NCBI RefSeq assembly: GCF_028657905.1
Contig: NZ_CP117782.1
Location: forward strand, 2,764,008-2,788,007
DNA: 24,000 nt
Direction: 5' to 3'
From: Burkholderia sp. FERM BP-3421
GTDB lineage: Bacteria; Pseudomonadota; Gammaproteobacteria; Burkholderiales; Burkholderiaceae
Part shown: piece after piece, positions 23,358-24,000 of the stretch
Layout: the number at the start of each line of letters is the position of its first letter
How positions within the stretch are numbered: position 1 is the first letter of the stretch
Notes under the pieces: generated by a model
Databases searched by the model: none
What the model saw: the letters and a program-made list of their open reading frames with translations, nothing else
What the model was told of the DNA's origin: nothing
Position numbers and translations under genes: made by a program

Positions 23358-24000
23358 GATCGGGCCCGGCGGGCGGCTCCACCGGCACGACGTCGTTGAA
23401 GCGGCTGTAGTCGATGTGCGTCATGCCGTCGACCTCGCTCATCAGGTCGACATAGCGATGATTCCAGCGGATCGCGTCGTGCTCCCACGCATGGCGCGCC
23501 TGCATCACCTGCGCCGTGGTCTCGTCCGAGCCCTCGATCATCAGCATCAGGAGCGCGGCGCCCGTCGCGAGCGATTCGGGCGTCGCGCCGTGCAGCGGGC
23601 TCGTCTCGTCGATCACGTGCATCAGGCTCCAGCCGAGCAGGAAGATCGGATGCTCGTGGCGCACCAGCTTCAGGTCGTGGATCTTGAGCATCCCGAAGCC
23701 CTCGGGCGAGCCTTCCTTGCGCATCAGGCGCAGCTTCGCGCGCGCCTCCGCGATCACGTTCTGGCGCGCGTTCGCGACGCGCATCATCAAGGTCATGCGG
23801 CCGTTGAGCATGCGCACCACCACGTGACGCGCGAACAGGATCTTCGCGCGCGGCCGCGCGAAGCGCGCGAACACGAGCCCGGTCGACAACGCGATGCCCG
23901 ACATCCCGACGAAGATCTCGAGCGTCGCGATCAGGTGTGCGTAGTAGGTCTGCGGATGCATGTCGCCGTAGCCGACGGTCGCGAGCGTCTCGACGCTGAA
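23344..24000 (-). CDS. inward-rectifier-type K+ channel (KirBac family), 3' two-thirds; 5' end lies beyond the window
   Basis: The frame is open to the window edge. It encodes FSVETLATVGYGD (selectivity filter TVGYG at 23979..23965), the inner helix IATLEIFVGMSGIALSTGLVFARF, and a Kir cytoplasmic domain (MIEGSDETTAQVMQARHAWEH). This closely matches my memory of KirBac1.1. Confidence 0.92.
   Translation of the reverse strand, partial: FSVETLATVGYGDMHPQTYYAHLIATLEIFVGMSGIALSTGLVFARFARPRAKILFARHVVVRMLNGRMTLMMRVANARQNVIAEARAKLRLMRKEGSPEGFGMLKIHDLKLVRHEHPIFLLGWSLMHVIDETSPLHGATPESLATGAALLMLMIEGSDETTAQVMQARHAWEHDAIRWNHRYVDLMSEVDGMTHIDYSRFNDVVPVEPPAGPDLSRA

Noticed and set aside
1-24000. Search for CRISPR arrays, IS/transposase remnants, integrase/att sites, tRNA/rRNA genes and toxin-antitoxin or defence islands
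   Set aside because: I found no regularly spaced direct repeats, no transposase- or integrase-like ORFs, no tRNA-like cloverleaf candidates near the low-GC islet, and no flanking direct repeats around tae4-tai4. An absence judged by eye is provisional and should be confirmed with dedicated tools.

Overview
High-GC (about two-thirds G+C by hand count), gene-dense chromosomal window with a Burkholderia-type gene set. The last gene closely matches my memory of KirBac1.1 from B. pseudomallei, but it is not identical, so the species is not assigned. I support 20 protein-coding genes. I saw no rRNA, tRNA, CRISPR array, IS element or prophage signature. Left third (+ strand): the 3' end of a hypothetical gene, a secreted alpha/beta hydrolase, and a bioA-bioF-bioD-bioB operon with ATGA start/stop overlaps. 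Middle (a long minus-strand run, listed in transcription order): an EAL c-di-GMP phosphodiesterase with a C-terminal sensor-like domain, two translationally coupled small membrane proteins, two tandem PhoA-family alkaline phosphatase paralogues behind a Pho-box-like promoter, a tightly coupled His-rich exported protein, and cutC. Right third: a CPA1 Na+/H+ antiporter, a low-GC islet (about 45-58 % GC) carrying a type VI amidase effector/immunity pair (Tae4/Tai4) with no T6SS structural genes nearby, an exported nucleoside hydrolase, a fused 1192-aa indolepyruvate:ferredoxin oxidoreductase, a GST, and a KirBac-type K+ channel cut by the window end. I cannot defend a wholly new multi-gene system here. 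The best leads for undescribed biology are (1) the His-rich exported protein attached to the Pho-regulated phosphatase pair, (2) the ATGA-coupled pair of small 4-TM proteins, (3) the ior-gst intergenic region, whose 14-bp long-range inverted repeat competes with a local two-tier hairpin, and (4) the orphan, compositionally mosaic tae4-tai4 islet. Many long ORFs in the six-frame track are Arg/Ala/Pro-rich shadow ORFs typical of high-GC DNA and were rejected.
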